A stretch of 32,000 bases of DNA, taken from the NCBI GenBank assembly GCA_001761425.1, contig CP012986.1:270001-302000 (forward strand), read 5' to 3'. Both the position numbers and the translations under genes were made by a program. This document shows positions 1 to 6,737 of this stretch, one piece after another. The notes below the pieces were generated by a model, which worked only from the letters and a program-made list of their open reading frames with translations, did no database searches and was not told the origin of the DNA. The stretch is from Candidatus Saccharimonadota bacterium (GTDB lineage: Archaea > Nanohalarchaeota > Nanosalinia > Nanosalinales > Nanosalinaceae). Position 1 is the stretch's first letter. Each line of letters opens with the position of its first letter.

Positions 1-1
1 A

Positions 2-1186
2 GGTACAGCAGATGTAGATCAGGCAGTAGAGCTTACTGGAGGTTCTGACTTCAGCTTCGATACCAACCAGGCTGGAGAGACAGTAATCGAGACAAGAACT
101 CTACAGAGCAACGCAGATGTCTCTACACAGATCGGATTCGAGACAACCTGTAATGGCACTACTGAAACTACAAACCCTGCGGACTTCAGCGGAGATTGTA
201 AAGGAATCGACACACGGTACGTCGAGTACTTTGACGATGCAGGACATGAATTTAGTGATTATAGTCATCAATCAGGAACTCCAGTAACCTCTGACCTTCA
301 AACTGCAATTAACAAAGCATCGTCAGGAGACGTCCTAGTTGTAGAAGAAAATGGAGGCTACAATAATGTAACAGTCAACAAGTCTATAACTATTGTAGCT
401 AAGAATCAGGGAGGTCCAACTGTTGATGGATTCGACATTAGTGCCAGTGACGTAACTGTCAAAGGTTTCAACATCACCGATGGATTTGAGGCCCAAAACT
501 CTGGAAACTTTGTAGGAGTCAGAGTAAACAATGACGGCGACAATGCCGTTATTACCCACAACCACATCCACGGTATCAGTGGTTCTGGAGCGACGAAGGG
601 AGTTCAGGTATTCCGGGGCGACGCAGCAGTTAGAAATAACCACATTGAAGGAATTGAATCGACAGGAAGTGGTGCTTATGGGGTACTGGTTCAGCACGAC
701 TCAAAAGATGCGACTGTGTCTCAGAACACTGTTGAAGGAGTAAACGGTGTCTGGGCTTTCGGAGTTGATATTGATGATGCAGCGACAGGTGACGGAACGA
801 CTGGATCGCCAAGCAATGCGTTGGTAGAGTACAACCACATTGACACAGTTACAGGGGATAGTTACCTTGGAACTGCAGTAGGTGTAGAAGCTGCAGCTTC
901 ACCGGTCGATGTTCAAAACAACATCATGCTGACCGCAAGTGACATAGAGAGCAAGAACGATGTCACTGTGAACGCTAGCAACAACTGGTTTGGAACCGAC
1001 GGCATCAATCTAGATCAACAGGATTCAAGCACCATAGATGCCTCATGGGCTGACGCAGACACAACAGTTGAAGCTAACTCTGATGACAAGTTCGGTATTG
1101 TCAACGAGTTCGCTATCAATCTCAAGCCTGACACTTACAGCTTGACTACAAGCATCACTGCAGCAGGAGCTGAAGAAACGCCTTAA
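2..1186 (+). CDS. Cell-surface/secreted protein with right-handed parallel beta-helix (PbH1/NosD-like) repeats; 5' end lies outside the window
   Basis: Frame 2 is open from nt 2 to TAA at 1184-1186. The ORF track only lists the part after internal Met 716. My translation reads GTADVDQAVELTGG...TAINKASSGDVLVVEENGGYNNVTVNKSITIVAKN...VITHNHIHGISGSGATKGVQVF..VRNNHIEGIES..VSQNTVEGVNGVWAFGV..VEYNHIDTV..VQNNIML. This shows the ~22-aa N-x-I/V-x-G periodicity typical of pectate-lyase-like beta-helix surface proteins. The protein is acidic and Thr/Asn-rich. Confidence 0.7.
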   Translation, partial: GTADVDQAVELTGGSDFSFDTNQAGETVIETRTLQSNADVSTQIGFETTCNGTTETTNPADFSGDCKGIDTRYVEYFDDAGHEFSDYSHQSGTPVTSDLQTAINKASSGDVLVVEENGGYNNVTVNKSITIVAKNQGGPTVDGFDISASDVTVKGFNITDGFEAQNSGNFVGVRVNNDGDNAVITHNHIHGISGSGATKGVQVFRGDAAVRNNHIEGIESTGSGAYGVLVQHDSKDATVSQNTVEGVNGVWAFGVDIDDAATGDGTTGSPSNALVEYNHIDTVTGDSYLGTAVGVEAAASPVDVQNNIMLTASDIESKNDVTVNASNNWFGTDGINLDQQDSSTIDASWADADTTVEANSDDKFGIVNEFAINLKPDTYSLTTSITAAGAEETP

Positions 1187-1190
1187 TTTC

Positions 1191-1214
1191 CCTCTCTTTT
1201 TTATTTTTGAGAGG
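1191..1214 (+). terminator. T-rich putative archaeal terminator after the beta-helix gene
   Basis: CCTCTC (1191-1196) and GAGAGG (1209-1214) are inverted repeats flanking ttttttattttt (1197-1208), starting 5 nt after the stop codon. Confidence 0.4.
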
Positions 1215-1219
1215 CTCGG

Positions 1220-1264
1220 CGAACCGCAAGGTTTGACCGGTTTAGAAAACCTGCAAAGGTTTTC
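1220..1264 (+). other. Two tandem small hairpins, both with a GCAA (GNRA-type) tetraloop, in the spacer upstream of the LTD gene
   Basis: The first is CGAACC-GCAA-GGTTTG (1220-1235, one G-U pair). The second is GAAAACCT-GCAA-AGGTTTTC (1245-1264, 8 perfect pairs). Confidence 0.45.
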
Positions 1265-1321
1265 GTGTGAGCGGTGCTGGTGTCTTTGTCCGGTGTTCGA
1301 TTCCCGGAGCCGCTTTCAATC

Positions 1322-1789
1322 ATGAAGTATGCAAAAATCCTGGCAGTTTTCGCAGCACTAGCCCTAGCCGGAGCAGGTTCAGCAACCTTGCTGAATAGTT
1401 TTGGTACGATCAGTGGTACTGCTGATGTTAGGCCTGCTTTGAATATTACGGATGTAGGTAATGTTTCGAATGAGGAGGAGTATGTTAATCTGACTAGTCA
1501 GACTTCTGTTTCGGTTGATATTTCGCATCTAAGTATCGCTGATGAAGGAGGAAGTTATGATGTGTTAAATAATTCTGAGAACAGTGTTGTTGAGTTAGGT
1601 GAGAAGGTTGTAGTTACAGATAATTCTGTCTCGACCTCTGAAGTTGAGTCGTGGTTTGGAACTTCGGTACTGCATCTTACAACTGACGATAGTGCTATAG
1701 GTGCAGGCCTTAATCAGAATGTCGATACTGTTTATCTCAAAATCGATGACACAGTTGTAGATTCTTTCAGTTATGGTGATTCATCATGA
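1322..1789 (+). CDS. Small secreted lamin-tail-domain (LTD)-like protein
   Basis: I prefer the ATG at 1322 (MKYAKILAVFAALALAGAGSA, signal-peptide-like) over the alternative start at 1274 given by the track. EEYVNLTSQTSVSVDISHLSIADEGG ... DTVYLKIDDTVVDSFSYGD matches the LTD pattern (E-[FWY]-V-E-L-x-N...VDLSGW.L.D ... GD.V.L.D..G.VVD.V.Y). The stop TGA (1787-1789) overlaps the next ATG (1786-1788). Confidence 0.6.
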   Translation: MKYAKILAVFAALALAGAGSATLLNSFGTISGTADVRPALNITDVGNVSNEEEYVNLTSQTSVSVDISHLSIADEGGSYDVLNNSENSVVELGEKVVVTDNSVSTSEVESWFGTSVLHLTTDDSAIGAGLNQNVDTVYLKIDDTVVDSFSYGDSS

Positions 1790-3045
1790 ATAAGAAGCTA
1801 TTATTGACGGCCTTTGTCTTGATGTTGGTGTCTGGTGTTTCTGCTCAGTCGCTTCAGGGTTTTGAGTACAGTCCTGGGAATGGTTTTGAGAGGGGTTTGA
1901 CAGGTGGGGAGAGTTTCAGTCAGACAGTTAATTTTTCGAGTGTGGCTGGTCAGGAAGTTCCTTTCGGTGTAAAGGTTATTGTTGAGAACGATTCTACGGA
2001 CTTTGTGACAGATGATGTTGGGGCGGAGTTTGATTTGAACGGGAGTTTGGAAGGCCCTGAAGGCCTTAGAGGCCTTGATTTTGAGGAGAGGTTGAGTGAT
2101 GGGAACCTTGTTTACGTTGGTAGCGTTGTTGAGGATGATGGTTTGTCTGCTGGTTCGGATTATTCTGTTGAGTTGGTGGTTGAGGCTGATCCGAGGATTA
2201 GGCCTGATAGTTTTGGTTTTGAGTTTGATGTTCGTTCGGTTGCTGGTTTTGCTTCGGAGTCTGAGACTGAGGTTGTTGATTTTTCGGAGAATAGTAGTGT
2301 TGAGGTAGAGGCGGGGGACAGTGAGGTTGAGGTCAGTGCGGATGAGGATTCTGAGGTTAATGTGACGGTTGAGAGTTATGATGAGGTGACTGTTTCTCCG
2401 CCTGATGAGGATAGTAGTTTTGTTGGCGGTGTAGGTGTTGATGTTGAGAAAGGAGGGGAGGAGGTTGAGGCCTCGGGTACTGTCTCTATTGGTTATGATC
2501 AGAGCTATGTCGATGAGAACGGTCTTAATGAGTCATCTATGGATGTTTATTTCTACGATGAGGCCTCGGGTGAGTGGACTACTGAAGGCGTAGATGTTGT
2601 GTCGAGGGATCTTCAGGAAAACGTTGTGGAGGCGGATGTAGAGCATTTCTCGACGTATGCTTTGTTTGCGGAGGTTCGGGAGGATGATGGTGTTTCTTCG
2701 TTCACCGGTCCTATCGAGTGGAGTCCTCCGAGAGGTGAAGAGGATGTGAATGATTCTACACAGCCAGATCAGAACGGGACTGATGAACAGGAGGATACGG
2801 ATTCCGGTGAAGATCAGGATCAGAGCCAGGATGAGAGTTCGGAAGGCGAAGATCCTGGTCAGCAGGAGACAGGGCCTCAGCAGTCTCAACCTGGTTCAGG
2901 TCCGACAGGATTTTTCACAGCTCAGACAGGTAACGTGGCTCTAGGCCTTGCAGTTTTGTTTGTGGCTGTTGTGGCTGTGCTTCAGTACCTGGGGAGAGTT
3001 GATGTTAGAAAGGCCTCAGAGGTTTTGAGGAGTTGGGGGAGTTGA
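1786..3045 (+). CDS. Acidic secreted protein with a C-terminal membrane anchor (PGF-pre-PGF / PGF-CTERM-like architecture)
   Basis: N-terminal signal peptide MNKKLLLTAFVLMLVSGVSAQS. A beta-sandwich-like end (MDVYFYDEASGEWTTEGVDVVSRDL..VVEADVEHFSTYALFAEV) is followed by a D/E/Q/S-rich linker. Then comes GSGPTGFF...VALGLAVLFVAVVAVLQYLGR (TM helix plus basic residues). ATGA overlap with the upstream gene. Confidence 0.6.
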   Translation: MNKKLLLTAFVLMLVSGVSAQSLQGFEYSPGNGFERGLTGGESFSQTVNFSSVAGQEVPFGVKVIVENDSTDFVTDDVGAEFDLNGSLEGPEGLRGLDFEERLSDGNLVYVGSVVEDDGLSAGSDYSVELVVEADPRIRPDSFGFEFDVRSVAGFASESETEVVDFSENSSVEVEAGDSEVEVSADEDSEVNVTVESYDEVTVSPPDEDSSFVGGVGVDVEKGGEEVEASGTVSIGYDQSYVDENGLNESSMDVYFYDEASGEWTTEGVDVVSRDLQENVVEADVEHFSTYALFAEVREDDGVSSFTGPIEWSPPRGEEDVNDSTQPDQNGTDEQEDTDSGEDQDQSQDESSEGEDPGQQETGPQQSQPGSGPTGFFTAQTGNVALGLAVLFVAVVAVLQYLGRVDVRKASEVLRSWGS

Positions 3046-3051
3046 ATTTTT

Positions 3052-3606
3052 TTAGTCCAGTTCTATTTCCATTGTTTTTTCTGTTGATTTCCTGAGTTCT
3101 CCTTTCATTGCTGAGTTCATTCCTTCCTGGAGGCCTATGAGGACGGATTGTGCGTCCCAGCTGTCCATTTTTGCTGTGATTGATTTGATGAATCTTCTCA
3201 GTGTTTTTTCCTCGTTGTACGTGGTTGCTGCGTCTACGCTGTCTATGATGATGTATCCGCGTCTTTCCTGTGGTATGCTTTCTATGGCGTCTTCCAGTTT
3301 CATCTGGATGTTTGTGAGGCCTGATGGCTGGAAGAAGACGGTGTTTTCTGCTCTGTCTGGTGCTGTGCCTATGGATTTGGTTATGCAGTCGAAGAAAAGG
3401 ACTTGTTTGATGTTTACGTTGCGGTCGTTCAGTATGTCTTTGAGTTTGCTGACCTGTTTGGTGAATGATATGTAGATGACCAGGTCGTCGTTTTCCAGTA
3501 TTTCCTGTGTCAGGTCCATGCTTACCTCTCTCAGGTCGTTGGACTTTAGTTGGAGGAATACTACTTCTCCGTTTTCCAGGTCCTGTATGTCTTCGATCGA
3601 TGCCAT
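3052..3606 (-). CDS. RecA/KaiC-fold protein lacking a Walker A P-loop (putative pseudo-ATPase partner)
   Basis: 184-aa ORF. The pattern GEVVFLQL...DLVIYISF...VLFFDC...RGYIIIDSVDAATTY...RFIKSITAKM..WDAQSVLIG follows the strand order of KaiC/RadA-like domains, including a Walker-B-like hhhhDS. No GxxGxGK[ST] is present. Confidence 0.45.
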   Translation of the reverse strand: MASIEDIQDLENGEVVFLQLKSNDLREVSMDLTQEILENDDLVIYISFTKQVSKLKDILNDRNVNIKQVLFFDCITKSIGTAPDRAENTVFFQPSGLTNIQMKLEDAIESIPQERRGYIIIDSVDAATTYNEEKTLRRFIKSITAKMDSWDAQSVLIGLQEGMNSAMKGELRKSTEKTMEIELD

Positions 3607-3610
3607 CGGA

Positions 3611-3916
3611 TTATTCCTCGTACTGAAGTGATTTGAGGAAGAATACTGTTGAGGTTCCTGCTGTCAGGTAGAGAAGATCCTGAAGTGTCTGGAGGTTTTC
3701 AAGGCTTGAGAACCATGGAAGGCCTCCAGCGTTTGCCTGGTTCATGGCGAATACGAACTCCGAGGCAGCGAGTACTGCAAAGGAAAGCGTCAGTGGGTAG
3801 AACCATTTCAGGTCTTTTCTTGAACTGCTCGAAGTCATGTATACGAATATCAGGTTGAGCGAGTATATTCCCAGTGTCAATGCTGCAAGTGTCTGCATCA
3901 AGAGTATTGATTCCAT
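3611..3916 (-). CDS. Small membrane protein (about 3 TM helices)
   Basis: 101-aa hydrophobic ORF, 4 nt upstream of the next gene in an apparent three-gene operon. No recognisable family. Confidence 0.5.
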   Translation of the reverse strand: MESILLMQTLAALTLGIYSLNLIFVYMTSSSSRKDLKWFYPLTLSFAVLAASEFVFAMNQANAGGLPWFSSLENLQTLQDLLYLTAGTSTVFFLKSLQYEE

Positions 3917-3919
3917 AGT

Positions 3920-4246
3920 CTAGTCTACCTCCTGGAAGCCGGTGCTGGCGTAATTGTGTTTGTAGATTTCATGGATCCCCTTGAACAGGATAAGGCCTGC
4001 CAGTGCCTGGATTGCCTCCATGCTGAAAAGCACGTTGGCACTCGCTGAATAGGTCATTAGGTGAAGGGGATCGATCAGGCTGATAAGCAGGAAAAGGCCT
4101 GTGGCACCGACGAAGTAAGGCATAGCACTTGTATATCTTCCCTGGTTTTTCTGGAAGTTTGAAAGTTCCATGGTAAGGTAAAGTGCGTATGCCCAGATCG
4201 TTATAAGCACGAGATCAAGTCCTATTCCAACAGCCTGAAGTTCCAT
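3920..4246 (-). CDS. Small membrane protein (about 3 TM helices), first gene of the operon
   Basis: 108-aa hydrophobic ORF of similar size and topology to 3611-3916. A TATA-like box lies about 30 nt upstream of its ATG. Confidence 0.5.
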   Translation of the reverse strand: MELQAVGIGLDLVLITIWAYALYLTMELSNFQKNQGRYTSAMPYFVGATGLFLLISLIDPLHLMTYSASANVLFSMEAIQALAGLILFKGIHEIYKHNYASTGFQEVD

Positions 4247-4249
4247 TAC

Positions 4250-4265
4250 AAGATAATATTATCTT
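4250..4265. promoter_or_regulatory. Perfect 16-bp palindrome AAGATAATATTATCTT between the TATA box and the start codon (candidate operator)
   Basis: Read directly from the sequence. It lies 3 nt upstream of the ATG (4244-4246, minus strand) of the membrane-protein/KaiC-like operon. Confidence 0.45.
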
Positions 4266-4272
4266 CCTCGGC

Positions 4273-4279
4273 TTATAAA
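4273..4279 (-). promoter_or_regulatory. TATA-like box (TTTATAA on the minus strand) for operon 4246->3052; spacing suggests a leaderless mRNA
   Basis: The box is centred about 30 nt upstream of the ATG at 4246. No Shine-Dalgarno-like sequence lies in between. Confidence 0.4.
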
Positions 4280-4384
4280 GATGCGTTAAAGGTCTTCAGG
4301 CCTTCTTTCGGGTTATCTGGTAAGGCCTTGGTTTCCTGGAGTTTGGGTCCGGAAGTTTTCTTGGGCTTTGTACAGCCTCGTAGG

Positions 4385-4393
4385 ATTTATATT
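4385..4393 (+). promoter_or_regulatory. TATA-like box (ATTTATATT) for the Zn-finger-KaiC gene; spacing suggests a leaderless mRNA
   Basis: The box is centred 27 nt upstream of the ATG at 4416. Confidence 0.4.
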
Positions 4394-4415
4394 CAGGATT
4401 GCCTAACTTCTCAAC

Positions 4416-5414
4416 ATGGTCTTCGGCTGTTCGCAGTGTAATGAATCCTTTGAGAGCAAGACTGAGTTGAAGGACCATATAGATTCTGTGCATAACTCTG
4501 ATGGAGAACCTGAACTGAACCGGGGTCAGGAAAGTGATGAGGATGAGGCCTCTGAAGAAGATGGTTCGGAGGAGAATCCATGGTCGGACTTTAATGATGG
4601 TGGAAGTGGTTCTCAGAGCGGTGGAGAGAATCCGGATATTGGAGCTGGTGAGAGAGATGGATATCTTCGTACGGGTGTTGACGGCCTTGATGAACTGTTT
4701 GATGATGGTATTCGAGAGGAAAATGTTACATTGATCGCAGGTAATCCTGGTTCAGGTAAATCTATTTTCTCGCTTCAGATCCTGGATCATGCGGCTTCGA
4801 ACGGTGAGAAATGTCTTTACATGAGCTTTGAGGAGTCTCCGGATGCTCTTGTAAGCCACATGGAGGATTTTGGCTGGGATGCCGATGAGCATATCGATAA
4901 CGGTAATCTTGTTATTGAAACGTATGATCCATTTAATGTCTCCCGTACGGTGGAGGCCTTGTTCAGAAAACAGAGTGGGGAGCTTGAGATAGATACTAAA
5001 CCTTTGATCTTCGGTGATATGGACCAGGAGGAGGATGAATTTGACCGTGTGGTGGTTGACTCGCTTTCAGCTATCTCTGCGGGTTTCGGAGCTGATTCCA
5101 AGAACTACAGGCTGTATATAAGAGAACTGTTCAATCTTTTCAGGGAGATCGGTGTCACCGCTTTCGTGATCGCCGAGTCCCAGACCATACCTGATAAGAT
5201 CACTGAATCAGGCCAGGCAGAGTTCCTGGCGGACGGCGTGGTCCTGATGTACAAGCAGATGTCTTCCAGAGGAATACAGATCTACAAGATGCGTGGATCT
5301 AATTTTGAGGAGAAGATAGCGCCGATGACCATCGAAGGTGGGGTAGGCCTCAACGTAAGGCCTGACGACAAATTCTTTGGAAGCGGAAATGACAGCAGTG
5401 GCGGAATGTTTTAG
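4416..5414 (+). CDS. C2H2 zinc-finger fused to a KaiC/RecA-superfamily ATPase (COG0467-like)
   Basis: The N-terminus CSQCNESFESKTELKDHIDSVH has a C-x2-C-x12-H-x4-H pattern. An acidic linker follows, then GVDGLDELFDDGI..NVTLIAGNPGSGKSIF (Walker A at 4740-4763), CLYMSFEES, and a Walker-B-like RVVVDSLSAI. Confidence 0.75.
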   Translation: MVFGCSQCNESFESKTELKDHIDSVHNSDGEPELNRGQESDEDEASEEDGSEENPWSDFNDGGSGSQSGGENPDIGAGERDGYLRTGVDGLDELFDDGIREENVTLIAGNPGSGKSIFSLQILDHAASNGEKCLYMSFEESPDALVSHMEDFGWDADEHIDNGNLVIETYDPFNVSRTVEALFRKQSGELEIDTKPLIFGDMDQEEDEFDRVVVDSLSAISAGFGADSKNYRLYIRELFNLFREIGVTAFVIAESQTIPDKITESGQAEFLADGVVLMYKQMSSRGIQIYKMRGSNFEEKIAPMTIEGGVGLNVRPDDKFFGSGNDSSGGMF

Positions 5415-6733
5415 TCAAATCTGATCTGCTCTTTCAGATATTCTTTCAGGGTCTTCCTGTTTTTTCCCTGCCTCTCAGCTTTAAGCAAAGCCCTGTAATC
5501 TGGGTTTTCAAGGCCTTCTATCTGATCTCTGGCTTCTCCCACGGTCTCATTCTTCAGAAGCTCTATCTGGTCATCGCTCGTCTCCACATCGTCAAGATCG
5601 ATCTCTACTCTATCTTTGAGGAATTCTTTGAGCGTCTTCCTGTCCTTATTTTGGCTTTCGATCTCCAGTAAAGCCCTGTAATCAGGATCTTCGAGGCCTT
5701 TGATCTCGTCTTTTGCTTCATCGACAATGTCTTTCTTCAGGATCTCCCTGTATCTTTCACTGGTTTCTGACTGTCTTCTGTCGTTGATTCTCTCCAGGCT
5801 TCCTTTGATTTCTCCTGTCTCTTCCATAACCTGTCCTCTGGCCTGGAATTCGTCGCTTCTTTCCTTGATTTCTGGAGAGATAACTGGGAGGCCTTTGGTG
5901 CTTTCTAGACGTGATTCTATCTCGTTTATGTCCTGTTCTGTATCTCTTTTCATTTCCTGGAATTTTTCCGTTCTCGTCCTGAAGGCTATCTTCGAACCTT
6001 TGCCTTTGACGTAGTATTCCTGCTGGGCCTGTTCTATCATATCTTCGATAACTTGTTTTTTCTCTATAAGGTTCTCTCTTCTGGATTCCAGTTTCCACAA
6101 TCTGTATTCTTTGAGGAATACTGCGGATAAAGCGATGAAAATGATAGAGGCCATTGAAAGTTTTATCCAGTTGTTTGCGGCGTAATTAGCTGACTGCTGG
6201 TAGAGAACTATTATGTTCTGTCTCTGTGCCGAGGTGAAGGCCTGTACCTGTGTCTGTATGGATTTTGCGTCGGATATCTCGCTGTAGACGTTTTCTACCT
6301 GTCCTTCGGCTTCTTCAAATCTCTGGTTGTGGAAGGTCTGGTTTAGGTCGTTGAAAGCAGTTTTTACTCCTGAAAGGTTGAGTTCCTGCTCTTCAAGTTC
6401 CTCTATTCTTTCCTCCAGTGAGTTTATCCTGTCGTTTACTCTCAATGCGGTCTTTTTGATGTCTTTGATCTGTGATGTAAGCTCTCTGGTCCTTGAAAAA
6501 TCTGGTTCGGCATCCTGATTTTCTGCCAGGTTTTTCTGGGCCTGGAAGCTCTGGTTGGCAGTACTTAACAGGCTTTCAACTCTTTCTGTCGGTATGTTAC
6601 TGTTGTTCATCTCTTGGATTGTCTGTTCTGCCTCTGTTAACTCATTTCTGATCTCTGTATGGTTTTCTGCTGCGGAGGCTGTAGAAACTAGTACTAGAAC
6701 GATGGAAAGTATAATTATGGTTTTTTTCAGCAT
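5411..6733 (-). CDS. Bitopic coiled-coil membrane protein; stand-alone paralogue of the giant protein's stalk/TM/tail
   Basis: I prefer the start at 6733 (MLKKTIIILSIVLVLVSTASA), which is preceded by AGGTGA 5 nt upstream. The track's start at 6793 would overlap the giant gene by 56 nt. The protein has a signal/TM segment, a helical ectodomain, a second TM (6113-6169) and a charged cytoplasmic tail with two 61-aa-period repeats. Confidence 0.75.
   Translation of the reverse strand: MLKKTIIILSIVLVLVSTASAAENHTEIRNELTEAEQTIQEMNNSNIPTERVESLLSTANQSFQAQKNLAENQDAEPDFSRTRELTSQIKDIKKTALRVNDRINSLEERIEELEEQELNLSGVKTAFNDLNQTFHNQRFEEAEGQVENVYSEISDAKSIQTQVQAFTSAQRQNIIVLYQQSANYAANNWIKLSMASIIFIALSAVFLKEYRLWKLESRRENLIEKKQVIEDMIEQAQQEYYVKGKGSKIAFRTRTEKFQEMKRDTEQDINEIESRLESTKGLPVISPEIKERSDEFQARGQVMEETGEIKGSLERINDRRQSETSERYREILKKDIVDEAKDEIKGLEDPDYRALLEIESQNKDRKTLKEFLKDRVEIDLDDVETSDDQIELLKNETVGEARDQIEGLENPDYRALLKAERQGKNRKTLKEYLKEQIRFD
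5414..5722 (-). repeat. Two tandem copies (61-codon period) of an ..EA[KR]D[EQ]I[KE]GLE[DN]PDYRALL..E.Q.K.RKTLKE[FY]LK.. motif
   Basis: Protein units lie at aa 358-402 and 419-460 of the 460-aa track ORF. The repeat is also visible in DNA: aaagccctgtaatc..g.t.ttc.aggcct appears near 5490 and again near 5670. Confidence 0.8.
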
Positions 6734-6737
6734 TTTT

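Noticed and set aside
19-812. Minus-strand and off-frame ORFs at 19-213, 335-697, 531-743 and 630-812.
   Set aside because: They overlap the continuous frame-2 beta-helix CDS (2-1186), which has clear repeat structure. The alternatives are shadow ORFs.
4296-4493. 65-aa minus-strand ORF spanning the divergent promoter region and the start of the Zn-finger-KaiC gene.
   Set aside because: It overlaps both TATA-like boxes and the well-supported ZnF coding start. It is basic and low-complexity, with no support.
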